This document shows, one piece after another, positions 24,556 to 36,256 of a stretch of DNA of 64,000 bases; position 1 is the first letter of the stretch, and each line of letters opens with the position of its first letter. The translations under genes and the position numbers were made by a program. Origin of the DNA: Cyanophora paradoxa CCMP329. Taxonomy: Eukaryota; Plantae; Glaucophyta. Where the stretch lies: assembly GCA_004431415.1 (NCBI GenBank), contig QPMI01000066.1, forward strand, positions 372,001 to 436,000. Reading direction: 5' to 3'. The notes beneath the pieces are model-generated. The model saw nothing but the letters and a program-made list of their open reading frames with translations. It was not told the origin of the DNA and did no database searches.

Positions 24556-26923
24556 ATGGCGAGCGCTGGCAAGCTCGTCGCCATCGCCGTGGCCGTGCTC
24601 GCGGCGGGGATCGCGTGTACGCTGCCGCCCATGTCGAACGTGATCCACCACCACTACATGAGCGTCTCCCTGCCCGGTCCGCGCACTCCGGCAAAGCCGT
24701 GATGCGTGTCTGCTTTCGACCGACGCCGCGCGCGACTCCGGTCATACGTACGCAGCGCGGGCGGCGCGGCTCTCGACGATGGTCCACGACGTTATCGGGG
24801 CCTTCAGCGTCCGCGCGGCGCTGGATCTCGGCCTCTTCGAGCTGCTCGCCCAGCGCGGGCAGATGATGGACGTGCGGCCTCCGCATTCGCACCCTCCGCG
24901 CCGCACGGGCGCCGCCGCCCGCTGAGGCGCTGCAGGCGGAGATCGCGGCTTCGCTCGAGTGCAACCTCGAGGGCATGCGCACCCTCCTGGAGGCCATGGT
25001 ATCCCTGGACCTCCTCTCGGCGAGCCCCCGGCCCCGTACCCGCCGCGGCGCCCCCGGGCCGAACCTCCGCCTCCGCAGGTCGACGCCACGGGGCTCTACT
25101 CGATGACCGCCCTCTCCGCCAAGCACCTCGTACACCCTTCCTTTCTCTGGCATCCGCGTACCCCCCTCACGCATCTTCCCCTGCCCTCCGCAGGTCAAGG
25201 GCCAGGAGCCGTACTTCGGTTCGCAAGGGCTCCCGCCGTACCCCCGATGCCACCCCCCCCCCCTGACGTCCCCCTCCCCGCGCCCCTCCCCGCAGGCAGC
25301 CTCATCTATATGAACACGGACCCATCCCACGTGCGCCGCTTCCTCTCCCCCCCAAAACCCCGCCCCCACCGCACTCTTGAATTCACGTACCCCGCGGCTC
25401 AGGTGAACGCCTTTCTTACGATCGCGGACTCCGTGCGGCTCGGGCGCGCCGTCAAGAAGGTCCCCAAGCACGACGAGAAGGTCCGTACCCCCCAGCGAGG
25501 GCCGTAGCCCCCCCCCCCTCCCCCCGGCCGCGCCGACGGGTGCTTCGTTCGCAGGGCGCAGAGCAGGTCTGGACTACGTTCGCGACGCACACGGCGGACC
25601 TTTCTCGCCCGCCCGCCCGCGCCATGGCCAAGATGGCCCACGCAGACGCCGAGGTCGGTACCCCACCTTCCCTCCCTCCCCCCCTCCCCTGACGCGCGGG
25701 GTACCGAAGGCCGCGGAGAAGAGGGGCGCTCCCCTCCGCGTCTTGGACGTCGCCTGCGGCTCCGGCACCTACGGGTGCGCTCCCTTCTCGTTCTTGGGCG
25801 CCTTTCCGCGGCTCACTTGCATCGCACGCGTGTACCCAGGCAGGCTTTCCTGCGGGCGTACCCCCACGCCCGCGTGACATTCCTCGACTCGTGCGCCCCC
25901 CGGGCGCGCGTTCCCTCGGTACCCCCTCCCCCGCGCCGAAACTTGTTGGGGGGGTACAGGAAGGCCGTGGTCGAGCACGCGAAGGCGAACGGCGAGGCCG
26001 AGGTCGGGCCCGAGGCCATGAAGCGCGCCACGTACGCGTACCCCACCCTTCCTCCCCCCCACCCCGGCTCACCTGACCCTCCTTCTCCCCCCCCCAGGTT
26101 CGTGGCGGGGGACGTGTTCCGGGGCGACCTGGGGGGCCCCTACGACGTCGTCGTCGCCTCCCAGTTCTACCGTGCGCCCCCCCGCCCCCTCCCGGGCCGG
26201 GCCTGCAGGCTGGCTTTTCAAGGCGTCCTAGAGAAGCGATACAGCGGCCCTCGCGCGTCTCCTATGTAGCGCTAGACGCCAGAGGGCGCACCAAGTCGCC
26301 ATGGGCTCTCTAGGATCCTAAAGCGCCTGGCGGCTTTCCTTCTGCTTGTATTGACGCCACTCTCTCGCGCGCGGGCGATCGCAGACTCGTTCAACTACAG
26401 CCGGTGCGTGGAGCTGACGCGGCTCCTGCACGCCGCCCTCGCCCCCGGCGGCCTCCTCATCATCCAGGTGCGCGCGGCCCGAGGGTCTCAAGATCTAGAG
26501 GTTTCGGCGCCGCTGACCACGGCCGTCGGACCTCGCGCCCGGCCCCCGTCCCTCCCACTCCCGCAGGGCTTCATCCCTAACGAAGGCGCGCACCCGCCCC
26601 GCCCTATCTTAATTGAACGAGTTGTCTTTTAGCTCGACTGCGAACGCAGGGCGGCCGTCGGTGTGGGAGGCGAACCCCTTCCCGCGCCTCTTCAAGCTCA
26701 CCGTGCTCACCATGTCCGACGGCGGCACCAGCTACTCGCGCGCCTCCCCCCCCCCCCCCCCCCCGTCCCTCCCACCCTTTACTTCCCCGTCTGATCTATC
26801 ATCTTTTTTAGGGCAAGCGACTACCGGGGGATGCTGGGCGAGGGGGGACCGTTCGCCTCGGTCGAGGTTCGGTCGGCGAGCCCGGCGCCCTCCTCCTTCG
26901 TCCTCGCCCGCAGGGCCGCCTAG
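24556..26923 (+). CDS. SAM-dependent O-methyltransferase (dimerisation domain plus Methyltransf_2 type) with an N-terminal hydrophobic anchor, copy A
   Basis: MASAGKLVAIAVAVLAAGIACTL; VRAALDLGLFELLA; EIAASLECNLEGMRTLLEAMVSLDLL; motif I LRVLDVACGSGTYG; VTFLDS; FVAGDVF; YDVVVASQFY|H; LHAALAPGGLLIIQ; stop at 26921-26923. All introns can be placed. Confidence 0.92.
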
Positions 26924-27944
26924 GCTGGCGCCAGCGCCCGGGCCGCTTCGTTTCTGAGCGTATGCAGTGCAGCTAAAGCCCCGTCTATCGGTCTACAAGC
27001 CCTCGCGCCTGCCTTGCAAGGCTCGGCCCACTGGGCCAGTACTATAATTGCAAACTTCGCGAACTAATTCTGTGCATTGATCATGATTCGCATTGCGCAT
27101 GTTAGACTCTTGAGGGAAGTGCTAGCTAGAACCTCGTCTGTAGCTATAGCTGTAGATAGGCTGCTTCGTCTTTCAATCGTATGAGATCGAGCTCGAGCTC
27201 GAGGTGACTTGATTTGCGCATGCGACGGTCCGACGGTCGATCGCGAGGCGCCCTGTCGAATTCCGATCCAGCGGCTGAATTTCGAAGCTTAAGCGTGAAC
27301 ATGTGTGCATGCGCACTGCGGCATGTGTGCCCCCGGGCCCGCCGGCGCCCACCATGGCACTTAAGCTTGAGCTTGTGCGCATGCTGGACGGCCGCGGCCG
27401 GCGCCGGCCCCCGGGCCCGCCGGGCCGCCGGGGCGCCGCGCGCGGCCGCCGGCGCCGGGCCGGTCGACGGCGCCGCAGCGATCGCGAGGCGGGGGCTAGC
27501 TATAGGACCAGCGCTAGCTGGCCAGCGCCATGGCCGGCGCCGGCTTTTATACAACAGCCTCGCGGCCGCCCGGCGACCGTCGACGTCGGACCCGGCGCCG
27601 CGGCGCGCCGCGGCGCGCGCACGTGCACGCGCGGCCGCAGGGGGCCCGGGGCGCGGCTTCCTCCTCCAGGCGCGCCGCGGCGCGCGCGCGCACGTGCACG
27701 CGCGGCCGCAGGCGCCGCAGCCGGGCGCGGCACGAGCCTCAAGCTCAGAGCGCTGCGCATGCGCGCGATCGATATCCGATGATACGCTGAGCAATATGTC
27801 GCGGCCGCCGGCGCCGACCGCGGGTCGCTCCCGGTCCCGGAGTCCGACGGTCCCACTCCTAGCCTTTTTCGTTGCCAACTGTACCCTGTTCCGAATTAAA
27901 ATTCGCCGTACCCGCCTCTTCTCTATAAGAATGAGGGAGAAGCT

Positions 27945-28104
27945 GGAGAGAACTAGCCGTAAACTAATGAGCAAGGAAAGTAGCAGCCAACGTGGAACAT
28001 CGTTGGCCCACCGGCCTCTGTGCCGGTGCAATTTCTGAAGGGCACACAGGCCGGTCTCGGCAGGCTCGCTCTTACTTTGAGCTGAGCCGCCCTGGCTGGT
28101 CTCC
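27945..28104. other. Candidate structured element: closing stem plus three hairpins
   Basis: Stems found by eye: 27952-59/28093-100, 27986-92/28001-07, 28010-24/28041-55, 28063-71/28079-88. Confidence 0.4.
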
Positions 28105-28232
28105 TCTTGTGCCACCCCCTCTCGAAATTGAAGAAATTTTGAATTCAAATCTGAATGCATGGCCACTTGCCAAGTTGACCTCGCAACCTTCTTGCAGGCC
28201 CGGCCCATGGCCAGTGGCCCGTTTGAATGCGC

Positions 28233-28500
28233 CGCCGTCCGCCGCCGCGGGTCCCCGCCGCGCCGCAGCCCGGGCCGCGCCGCGCCAGGCCCCACCCCGG
28301 CCCGCCGCGCTGCTCCCCTCCCGCCCACGCCGCCACCGTCCGCCGCCGCAGGCCCCGCCCTGCCGTGCCGCGCCCCTCCCGCCCACGCCGCCACCGTCCG
28401 CCGCCGCAGGCCCCCGCCCTGCCGTGCCGCGCCCCTCCTGCCCACGCCGCCGCCGTCCGCCGCCGCGGGCCCCCGCCCCGTCCCGCCGCGCCCCGCCCCT
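28233..28500. repeat. GC-rich minisatellite, ~58-60 bp unit, three full copies plus a degenerate one
   Basis: CCGCCCACGCCGCCACCGTCCGCCGCCGCAGGCCCCGCCCTGCCGTGCCGCGCCCCT recurs near 28321, 28379 and 28440. Confidence 0.85.
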
Positions 28501-28815
28501 CGCGCCCACTCCGGATTCGCCGCCGTGCGCCGCCGGCGCCCGGCCAGGCCGCCGCGGGGCCCCAGCCTTGGGGGAACAATATTAATAGAGCTAACTTGCT
28601 CCGGATCCTGTGCCACAGTGCCACGGCGCGTTTGGGAAGTGCAAGCAAGCTATAATTATAATTCGAGGCTGGGGATATCTAGACCGCCTGGGGTGCCACG
28701 GTGTACGTGACGCGCGCGTGCAAAGATCAAGTAGATATCGAACAGAACAACTTGGCAATCACGAAACAGTCCGGGCCGAGCACGGCCGGGCCGAGTCGAT
28801 TGCAAGCCAGGCACT

Positions 28816-31261
28816 CTAGGCGGCCCTGCGGGCGAGGACGAAGGAGGAGGGCGCCGGGCTCCCGGACCGAACCTCGACCGAGGCGAACGGTCCCCCCTCG
28901 CCCAGCATCCCCCGGTACTCCCGCTCCCTGTAAGAGGCAGGTAAGAGGGGGAGATAGATAGGATAATGGAGCTCGAGGGGGCCCGGGCGCGCGTGTAGCT
29001 GGTTCCGCCGTCGGACATGGTGAGCATGGTGAGCTTGAAGAGGCGCGGGAAGGGGTTCGTCTCCCACACCGACGGCCGCCCTGCGTTCGAATTCGCCGTC
29101 GAGCTAAGAGGCGACTCGTGAAGACGGAGCTGACAGGCGTACCCTCGTTCGGGATGAAGTCCTGCGGGAGAGCGCGGCGGCGTCAGCCGCGCCCCGGGCC
29201 CCGGCGGGGCGCTAGCTAACGTGCGGTAGGATGGGGGCGAGGGAACTAGCCATAGGTCCCTCGCGGGTGCGGCGGAGGCGCTAGGCGGGCTTCCGTTCTA
29301 AAGCGGAGGCGTCCCCAGCCGGGACGCTAGCGAGCTAGCTGGGAATCGGAGGCCTGCACAGCAAGGGCGGGCGCACCTGGATGAGGAGGAGGCCGCGGGG
29401 GGCGAGGGCGGCGTGCAGGCGCCGCGTCAGCTCCACGCACCGGCTGTAGTTGAACGAGTCTGCGATCGCCCGCGCGCGAGAGAGTGGCGTCAATACAAGC
29501 AGAAGGAAAGCCGCCAGGCGCTTTAGGATCCTAGAGAGCCCATGGCGACTTGGTGAGCCCTCTGGCGTCTAGCGCTACATAGGAGACGCGCGAGGGCCTC
29601 TGTATCGCTTCTCGAGGATGCCTTAGCAGCCCGGCCCGGCCCGGGAGGGGGCGGGGGGGCGCACGGTAGAACTGGGAGGCGACGACTACGTCGTAGGGGC
29701 CCCCCAGGTCGCCCCGGAACACGTCCCCCGCCACGAACCTGGGGGGGGGGGAGAGAGGGTCAGGTGAGCCGGAGGGTGGGGGAGGAAGGGTGGGGTACGC
29801 GTACGTGGCGCGCTTCATGGCCTCGGGCCCGACCTCGGCCTCGCCGTTCGCCTTCGCGTGCTCGACCACGGCCTTCCTGTACCCCCCAACGCGTTTCGGC
29901 GAGGGGGAGGGGGTACCGAGAGATCGCGCGCCCGGGGAGCGCACGAGTCGAGGAAGGTCACGCGGGCGTGGGGGTACGCCCGCAGGAAAGCCTGCCTGGG
30001 TACGCGCGCGGAAGCAAGTGAGCCGCAGAAAGGCGTCCAAGAACGAGAGAAAGCAGACCCGTAGGTGCCCGAGCCGCACGCGACGTCCAAGACTCGGAGG
30101 GGAGCGCCCCGCTTCTCCGCGGCCTTCGGTACCCGTCCCGTCATTGGAGAGGGCGTTAGAAGAAAGGGAAGAGAGGGGTTCACCTCGGCGTCTGCGTGGG
30201 CCATCTTGGCCATGGCGCGGGCGGGGGGCCGGGAGAGGTCCGTTGTGTGCGTCGCGAACATCTTCCAGAGAGGCTCCGCGGCCTGCGAACGAAGCACCCG
30301 TCGGCGGGGCGGGGAGGGTGGGGGGGCTGCGGCCCTCGCTGGGGGGTACGGACCTTCTCGTCGTGCTTGGGGAACTTTTTGGCGGCGCGCCCGAGCCGCA
30401 CCGAGTCCGCGATCGTGAGAAAGCCGTTCACCTGAGCCGGGGGATACGTCAAATCAAGGACGCGGAGCGCGGTGGGGGTGGGAAGAGGAAGCGGCGCACG
30501 TGAGAGGGGTCCGTGTTCAGATAGATGAGGCTGCCTGCGGGGCAGGGGCGCGGGGGGGCGTCGGAGGGGCGCATCGGGGGGTACAGAGGGGGAGCCCTTG
30601 CGAACCAAAGTACGGCTCCTGGCCCTTGACCTGCAGAGGGCAGGGGAACAAGCGTGAGGGGGGTACGCGGATGCCAGAGAAAGGAGGGGGGGTACGAGGT
30701 GCTTGGCGGAGAGGGCAGTCATCGAGTAGAGCCCCGTGGCGTCGACCTGCGGGGGCGGAGGTTCGGCCCGGGGGCGCCGCGGCGGGTACGGGGCCGGGGG
30801 CTCGCCGAGAGGAGGTCCAGGGATACCATGGCCTCCAGGAGGGTACGCGTGCCCTCGAGGTTGCACTCCAGCGACGCGGCGATCTCCGCCTGCAGCGCCT
30901 CAGCGGGCGGCGGCGCTCGTGCGGCGCGGAGGATGCGAAAGCGGAGGCCGCACGTCCATCATCTGACCGCGCTGGGCGAGCAGCTCGAAGAGGCCGAGAT
31001 CCAGCGCCGCGCGGACGCTGAAGGCGCCGACGATGTCGTGGACCATCGTCGAGAGCCGCGCCGCCCGCGCTGCGTACGTATGACCGGAGTCGCACACGGT
31101 TTCGCTCGAAGGCACAAACGCGCGGCCGGCGTGCGCGGACCGGGCAGGAAAACGTTCATGTAGTGGTGGTGGATGACGTTCGACATGGGCGGCAGCGTAC
31201 ACGCGATCCCCGCCGCGAGCACGGCGACGGCGATGGCGACGAGCTTGCCGGCGCCAGCCAT
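28816..31261 (-). CDS. SAM-dependent O-methyltransferase, copy B (inverted paralogue of 24556-26923)
   Basis: Same exon series on the minus strand: MAGAGKLVAIAVAVLAAGIACTL...LRVLDVACGSGTYG...WETNPFPRLFKLTMLTMSDGGTSYT...SSFVLARRAA*. Intron positions are shared. Confidence 0.92.
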
Positions 31262-31664
31262 CGCTGTGAGGCGCTGTGAGGGACGCAGATTGCGTTTACA
31301 TGCGAGGAATTCGAGCGGATTGCACGCGTACGGGAAGGCAGATCAAGGATAACCTGCAGAGGGGGGTACGCGTACCAATCCGCTGACCAGCTGCAGCAGC
31401 GCTAGCGGCCGACGCCGGCCGGGGCGCGCGGCGTGAAGCGTGCGGCCATACGCGCGATGGATGGCATAGATCTAGATCTAGACATACTACATATAATCTG
31501 TCATCTTGATCCGGGATCCGTGCGTAATCAAGCCAAGTTTTACTGCTGAATTGCAACTGGAACGCGAAACCGAAACCGAAAGACATCTTGTATACAATAA
31601 CAATAAAGGCGGGTGGAGGACGCGAGTCCTCGCCCGGCCGGCGCTCGCGCGCTCGCGCGCGCGC

Positions 31665-34621
31665 TCATCCGGAGCCCTTGGTCGGGAGCAGGGGCTTCCT
31701 CTGCTTCTCGTCCCACTTCACCCGCGCGTAGTAGAGGCCTGCGGCGGCGGGGCGGGCAGAGTGAGGAGGAGGAGAGGGGGGCAGGAGCGGGCGAGCGAGC
31801 GGGATCGAGGCGGGGGCGCCTGCTAGAGGGAGCAGGCGGCGTGGAGCGCGGGCCCTGGGGCCTGGAGGGAGCAGGCGGCATGGAGCGCGGGCGGAGGTTG
31901 GGGCGGGCGCGAAGGGCGGGGACCAAGGGGGGAAGCCCTGGATGGGGCGGGGGCGCCTGCTAGGGCGGGAGCAGAGGGCTAGGGCGGGAGCCGAGGGCCG
32001 AGGGCCGAGGGCCGAGGGCCGAGGGCGCGGGCCCCGAGAGAGCAGGCGGCGTGCGTGGAGCCCGGAGAGGGTGGGGGCCGAGGGTAGGAGGCAAGGACGT
32101 CCGCGGGGGGCATGGCCGGGGCGGGGGATGGCGCCATCCCCTAGAGAGCGCGTACGAATACGGCCTGGTCGGAGGCGGGGAGGGGGGGGGGGCGCAGGGA
32201 CGGTAGCGGAGGCCTTGAGGGGCGGAGGCGGGGGGTGGCGGAGGCTGGGGGGCGGGAGGTGGCGGAGGGAGCGCAGGGCGGGGGCGGGAAGGGCAGGCTA
32301 GGCTCCCGGCTCGCAGGGACGGTTGCGGAGTCCTAGAGAGACGCGTACGGCCTGGGCGGGGGCGGGGGGCGAGGAGGTGGCGGGCTGGGCCCCCGGCGCA
32401 CCGCCGGCGGTGTTGAGGAGGACGCCGATGCAGTTGAGCGCCGAGACCGCCTTCGACTGCGGGGGGGGAGGCGAGAGCGCCGAGCGTAAGAGAAGGGAGC
32501 GGGGGAGCCGAGCGTAAGGAGCGCAAGGGCGGGGCGGGCCATCTCATATCAGGCCATCTTAGATAGGGGAGGCGAGGTCGGGCGGCGCGTCGGTCGGGTC
32601 GGGAAGGAAGGCAGGGAAGCGGGGGGGCCCCCTTCCCTCGTATCAGGCCATATATTCTTTTTTAAGCAGGCCGCCCTTAATCGATCTTATGATAGGCGGG
32701 TCTCGGGCCGCCGTCCCTTAATCGATCCTAGTTGTAGAAGAGGGCCGGACCTGGAAGACGAAGAAGCCGATCGCCGTCGAGAGGATCACCTGGGCGCCGG
32801 CGGGGAGGGGCGAGCGCTTCAGGGACGGGCGGGGCGCGAGCGGCCGGGCCGGGAAGCCGGGCGGGCGGGCGGGCGGGCGGGCGGGGCGCGCACCTTGAGC
32901 TGCCCGATGATGGTGGTAGTCAGGGCCGAGTTGACCTGCGTGCACCTGCGAGCGAAGAAAGCGAAGATTAGATCTCCGGGGGGGGAGGGAGGGGCGGGAG
33001 AGGGGTACCAGAAGAGGGCGTAGTTGAGCGTGGTGCCCATGAGCAGGTTGACCAGCATCACCGCCTGGGAGAAGGAAGGTAAGATTAGCTACGGACGGGA
33101 GCGGGCCGAAGATCTAAAGATAGATGGATGGATGGGTGAACGCTCGCCTGGAAACTGAAGTCGCCGTAGTGGGGGTACGATATCGCGGCGCGCCACTCGC
33201 CGGTGGCCAGGAGCACGACCAGGAGGCAGGGGATGGAGAGGACCGAGTTGTAGAAGAGCAGGCCGAAGGCTGGCGGGGGCGGATCAGTTCGGACGCGGGT
33301 TCGGGGGGGGGGGTACTGCGCACTGTTCAGGTCCCCCTCCACGCCCGCCTTGTTGACGGCGATGAGGTAGAGGGATTGCACGCTGTACCCCGTCGTGAAT
33401 GAGACTGGGGGGGGGGGTTTAAGCCGGGGGGGGGGGGTACGGCTCGCACCAGCAGGAGCCGATGGCCATCGCGTAGCTGTAGAGGTCGAAGCTGCGATGG
33501 GGTGGGGGGTACGAATTCAGGAGGGCCCGGGGTACGCGAGAAGATCGGGGCTGGGGGGCACGCGCACTCGACGTCCGAAACGCCCGCGAGAATGGCGCCC
33601 TGGGGGGCAGGAAGTTGGCCTGGCGGCTACGGGAAAGAGACGCGAATGGCCGGGTGTACCATGACAATGATGGACACGGCGATTTTCGTGTTCGTGGAGA
33701 ACGTTTTCCGGAGGAGGATGGCCTCCTGCGCGCGTACCCGGCGTCACATTTGATCTGAGAAAGAGACAGCGCCCGGCTGCAGCTGGGCTCGGCGCGCCTG
33801 GATCATGACGACGAAGGTCGTGAGGCGCTTCAGAACGTTGTACATCGGCACGTTCAGCGCCCGCAGCGACGCGAGAGCGAAGGCCACTGCGCGCGGGTCC
33901 GAATTCGAATTCGAATCGGGAATTTGATTCGGGCGGGACGGGGCGGAGAGGCTCGCTCACCGTTCAGGCAGTAGAACACTGCGACGGGCAACACCTAAGC
34001 GGAGGTCAGCCGCGCGAGATTCGATCCGGGCGGCCAGCTCCACCGCACTTTCTTCGCCGTGTTCCACTCGAAGCGCGGGTAGCTGACGATGCGAAGGGCC
34101 TTCAGCGTTTCCAAGAAGGCGATGCTGAAGATCATTTGCATGACCATCATCACGTTGGAGTACTGCGGCGCGCGTCAGCGGGGCGAGACGCGCTGGCGCG
34201 CGGGAACTGCTGCTCGGCCTAGATGCCACGGCGTGCAGCTTGCGCGCGAAGCGCAGCTAGCTTAATGTGTGCATAAAGGACATCGGAAGGCGCTAAGCTA
34301 GGGCGGGAGGGTTAGGGGCGCTGGGGGGCGAGCGCGCGGCGGTGGCGCGGGCGGGCGGAAGCGCGGGCGGGCGGAGGCGCGGGCTGACCTTGTAGCCATA
34401 CGAGACGAGCACGGCCTTATTGGCGAACGTGATGGTGACCTTATCGCGCGCTCAGCGTTAGGCGCGCACGCTGGCGTAGGTGTCCCGTCAAACTGGCGCA
34501 CAGAGATAAACGCGTAGAGGAAGCCTGCGGCGCTTTGGGTGAGCGTGAAGTGGGATCCGCCGCCACTGGTGTGCTCGTGGGGCAGGCGGATTGAGGACTT
34601 CTGCCCGTCCTCGCTGCCCAT
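31665..34621 (-). CDS. Nucleotide-sugar transporter, SLC35D/GONST-like (TPT/DMT superfamily), multi-exon
   Basis: VTITFANKAVLVSYGYK; VAFALASLRALNVPMYNVLKRLTTFVVMIQ; FGLLFYNSVLSIP; LNYALFW|CTQVNSALTTTIIGQLK; ALNCIGVLLNTAG|GLYYARVKWDEKQRKPLLPTKGSG*. Confidence 0.9.
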
Positions 34622-34784
34622 GTCTGATGTTGAGTGGAGCGCCTTATCGGAATGCAGCATGAACCGAATCAGCAGCCTCTCCCGGCTGCAAATGCTGCGC
34701 CCGACGTTGCTGCGCTCCCTGCTTCTGTACCCCTTATCGTCCAACTTGCTACAAGCTGACTGCCTTCTAACACCGATACACGCG
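34622..34784. promoter_or_regulatory. Probable bidirectional promoter, 163 bp between divergent ATGs
   Basis: Transporter ATG at 34621 (-) and PRXL2-like ATG at 34785 (+). Confidence 0.55.
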
Positions 34785-36256
34785 ATGGCCTTCGTCGTTC
34801 CTAGCGTTCTCGCCGTCCAGCAGCGCGCGCCTCCGTCGGCGAACGCACGCGCTTCTGTTGTCGAGCTCGGTGTGCAGTCGGCCAGCGCGACCAGGCGGGT
34901 CCAGCGCAGTCATTTCGAGGGCCAGCGCGTCTCCCACAGCTTCGAAGTCGGCCCCAGCTTTGCGTCCGCCGCGCGGCGGTCTGCACCGTGGCCGGCCGCG
35001 ATGCCGCACGTGCATGTGCAGGCCGTCTCAGCTCCGCCTGCCGGCGCTCCGACGCTCTCTACCGTTGGTGCCAGCCCTCGAAAGGTGCGCCTCATGGCCA
35101 GCGCGCGCCTCGCAACCCGCGCTTCGCGGCGAGCAGTACGGCCCACGTGCCTCGCGCGCCGCCCGGGGCCTGACGGCCGTCCGCAGGCCTTGGAGGGCGT
35201 CTCCGTCTATGACAGCAACAAGAACGAGTACAAGGCGAGGCCGCCGCCGCCGTCCCGCACCCGAGCGCCTCGATGCCATCTGCTGAGCGTCGCCGCCACT
35301 TCGTTGGTAGGTGAACGACCTGTGGGGCGAGAAGCAGGTCATCGTCCTCGCTCTGATGCGGCATCTCGGCTGGTGCGACCGCCGCTATCGGACCGGCGCG
35401 GGGCCGCGTCCGTGCGGAGCCTAATCGATATCTGCCGCGCGCTCTCGCAGCCCGTTCTGCTGGGAGATGGTGCGGATCGCGCTGCTCTCCCATCGAACCA
35501 GTGCTTGTGTTTTGAATTCGCACTGACGCCGCCCGCCCCCTTCCCGGCCCCTCTCAGGCTTCTTCCCTCGACAAGGTGCGAAGGCTGCCGCTGAGCCGCC
35601 CCTCCCTCGAGCTCGGCCCCCGCTGCCGAGCCTCACGCCGTACCCCTTCCCCCAGATCCGCCCCGAGCTCGAGGCCGCCGGTGTCAAAGTCCGCATATGC
35701 CCGTACCCCCCGCGGGAACGCTCGCTCCCCCCCCCCGCCGACCCCGTACCCCCCGCCCAGGTCGCGCTCGTGAGCGTGGGGCTCCCGGAGAAGGCCCCCG
35801 AGTTCAGCGCGAACCACGGCTTCCCCCTCGACCGGCTCTACATGTCGCCCGACCGCTCCATGTACCCCCCCGCACGCCCTTCCCCCCCTTCCTCTCCGAA
35901 CGAACGTTCCTCCAGCTACGACGCGCTGGGGCTCTACAACGGCCTCGGGCGAACGTTCTTCAACGCGGCGACGGGCAAGGCGCTCAAGAGCCGCGGGTTC
36001 GAGTCCCTCCGGGAGTCCACCAAGAATTACAAGGTCCCAATTCGCTTGCTTCAAACATACATTCATACATGTCTCTTACTTCTCGCAGATGATCCAGCCG
36101 CAGAGCGCGACGGACGCGTTCCAGCAGGGCGGCCTCTTCGTTCTGGCCGGCGACGGGGTGGTCCTGGAGCACCGGGACGAGGCGACGGGCGACCACGCCG
36201 ATTTCGCGGCCGTCCGCGAGGCCGCGCTCGCCGCCGCCGCCGCCCTCGCGCAGTAG
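34785..36256 (+). CDS. Plastid-targeted peroxiredoxin-like 2 / AhpC-TSA-like (AAED1/FAM213 family) thioredoxin-fold protein
   Basis: Transit peptide MAFVVPSVLAV...; DLWGEKQVIVLALMRHLGC|PFCWEM (CxxC); VALVSVG; YDALGL; FQQGGLFVL...EHRDEATGDHA; stop at 36254-36256. Confidence 0.88.

Noticed and set aside
27971-27990. GGAAAGTAGCAGCCAA resembling bacterial SRP 4.5S RNA domain IV
   Set aside because: The required upstream CAGG strand and pairing around the tetraloop are missing.
35368-35451. Selenocysteine in the PRXL2-like CxxC (some homologues are selenoproteins)
   Set aside because: The codon is split TG|C by the intron and gives Cys. No convincing SECIS is visible in the 3' UTR.
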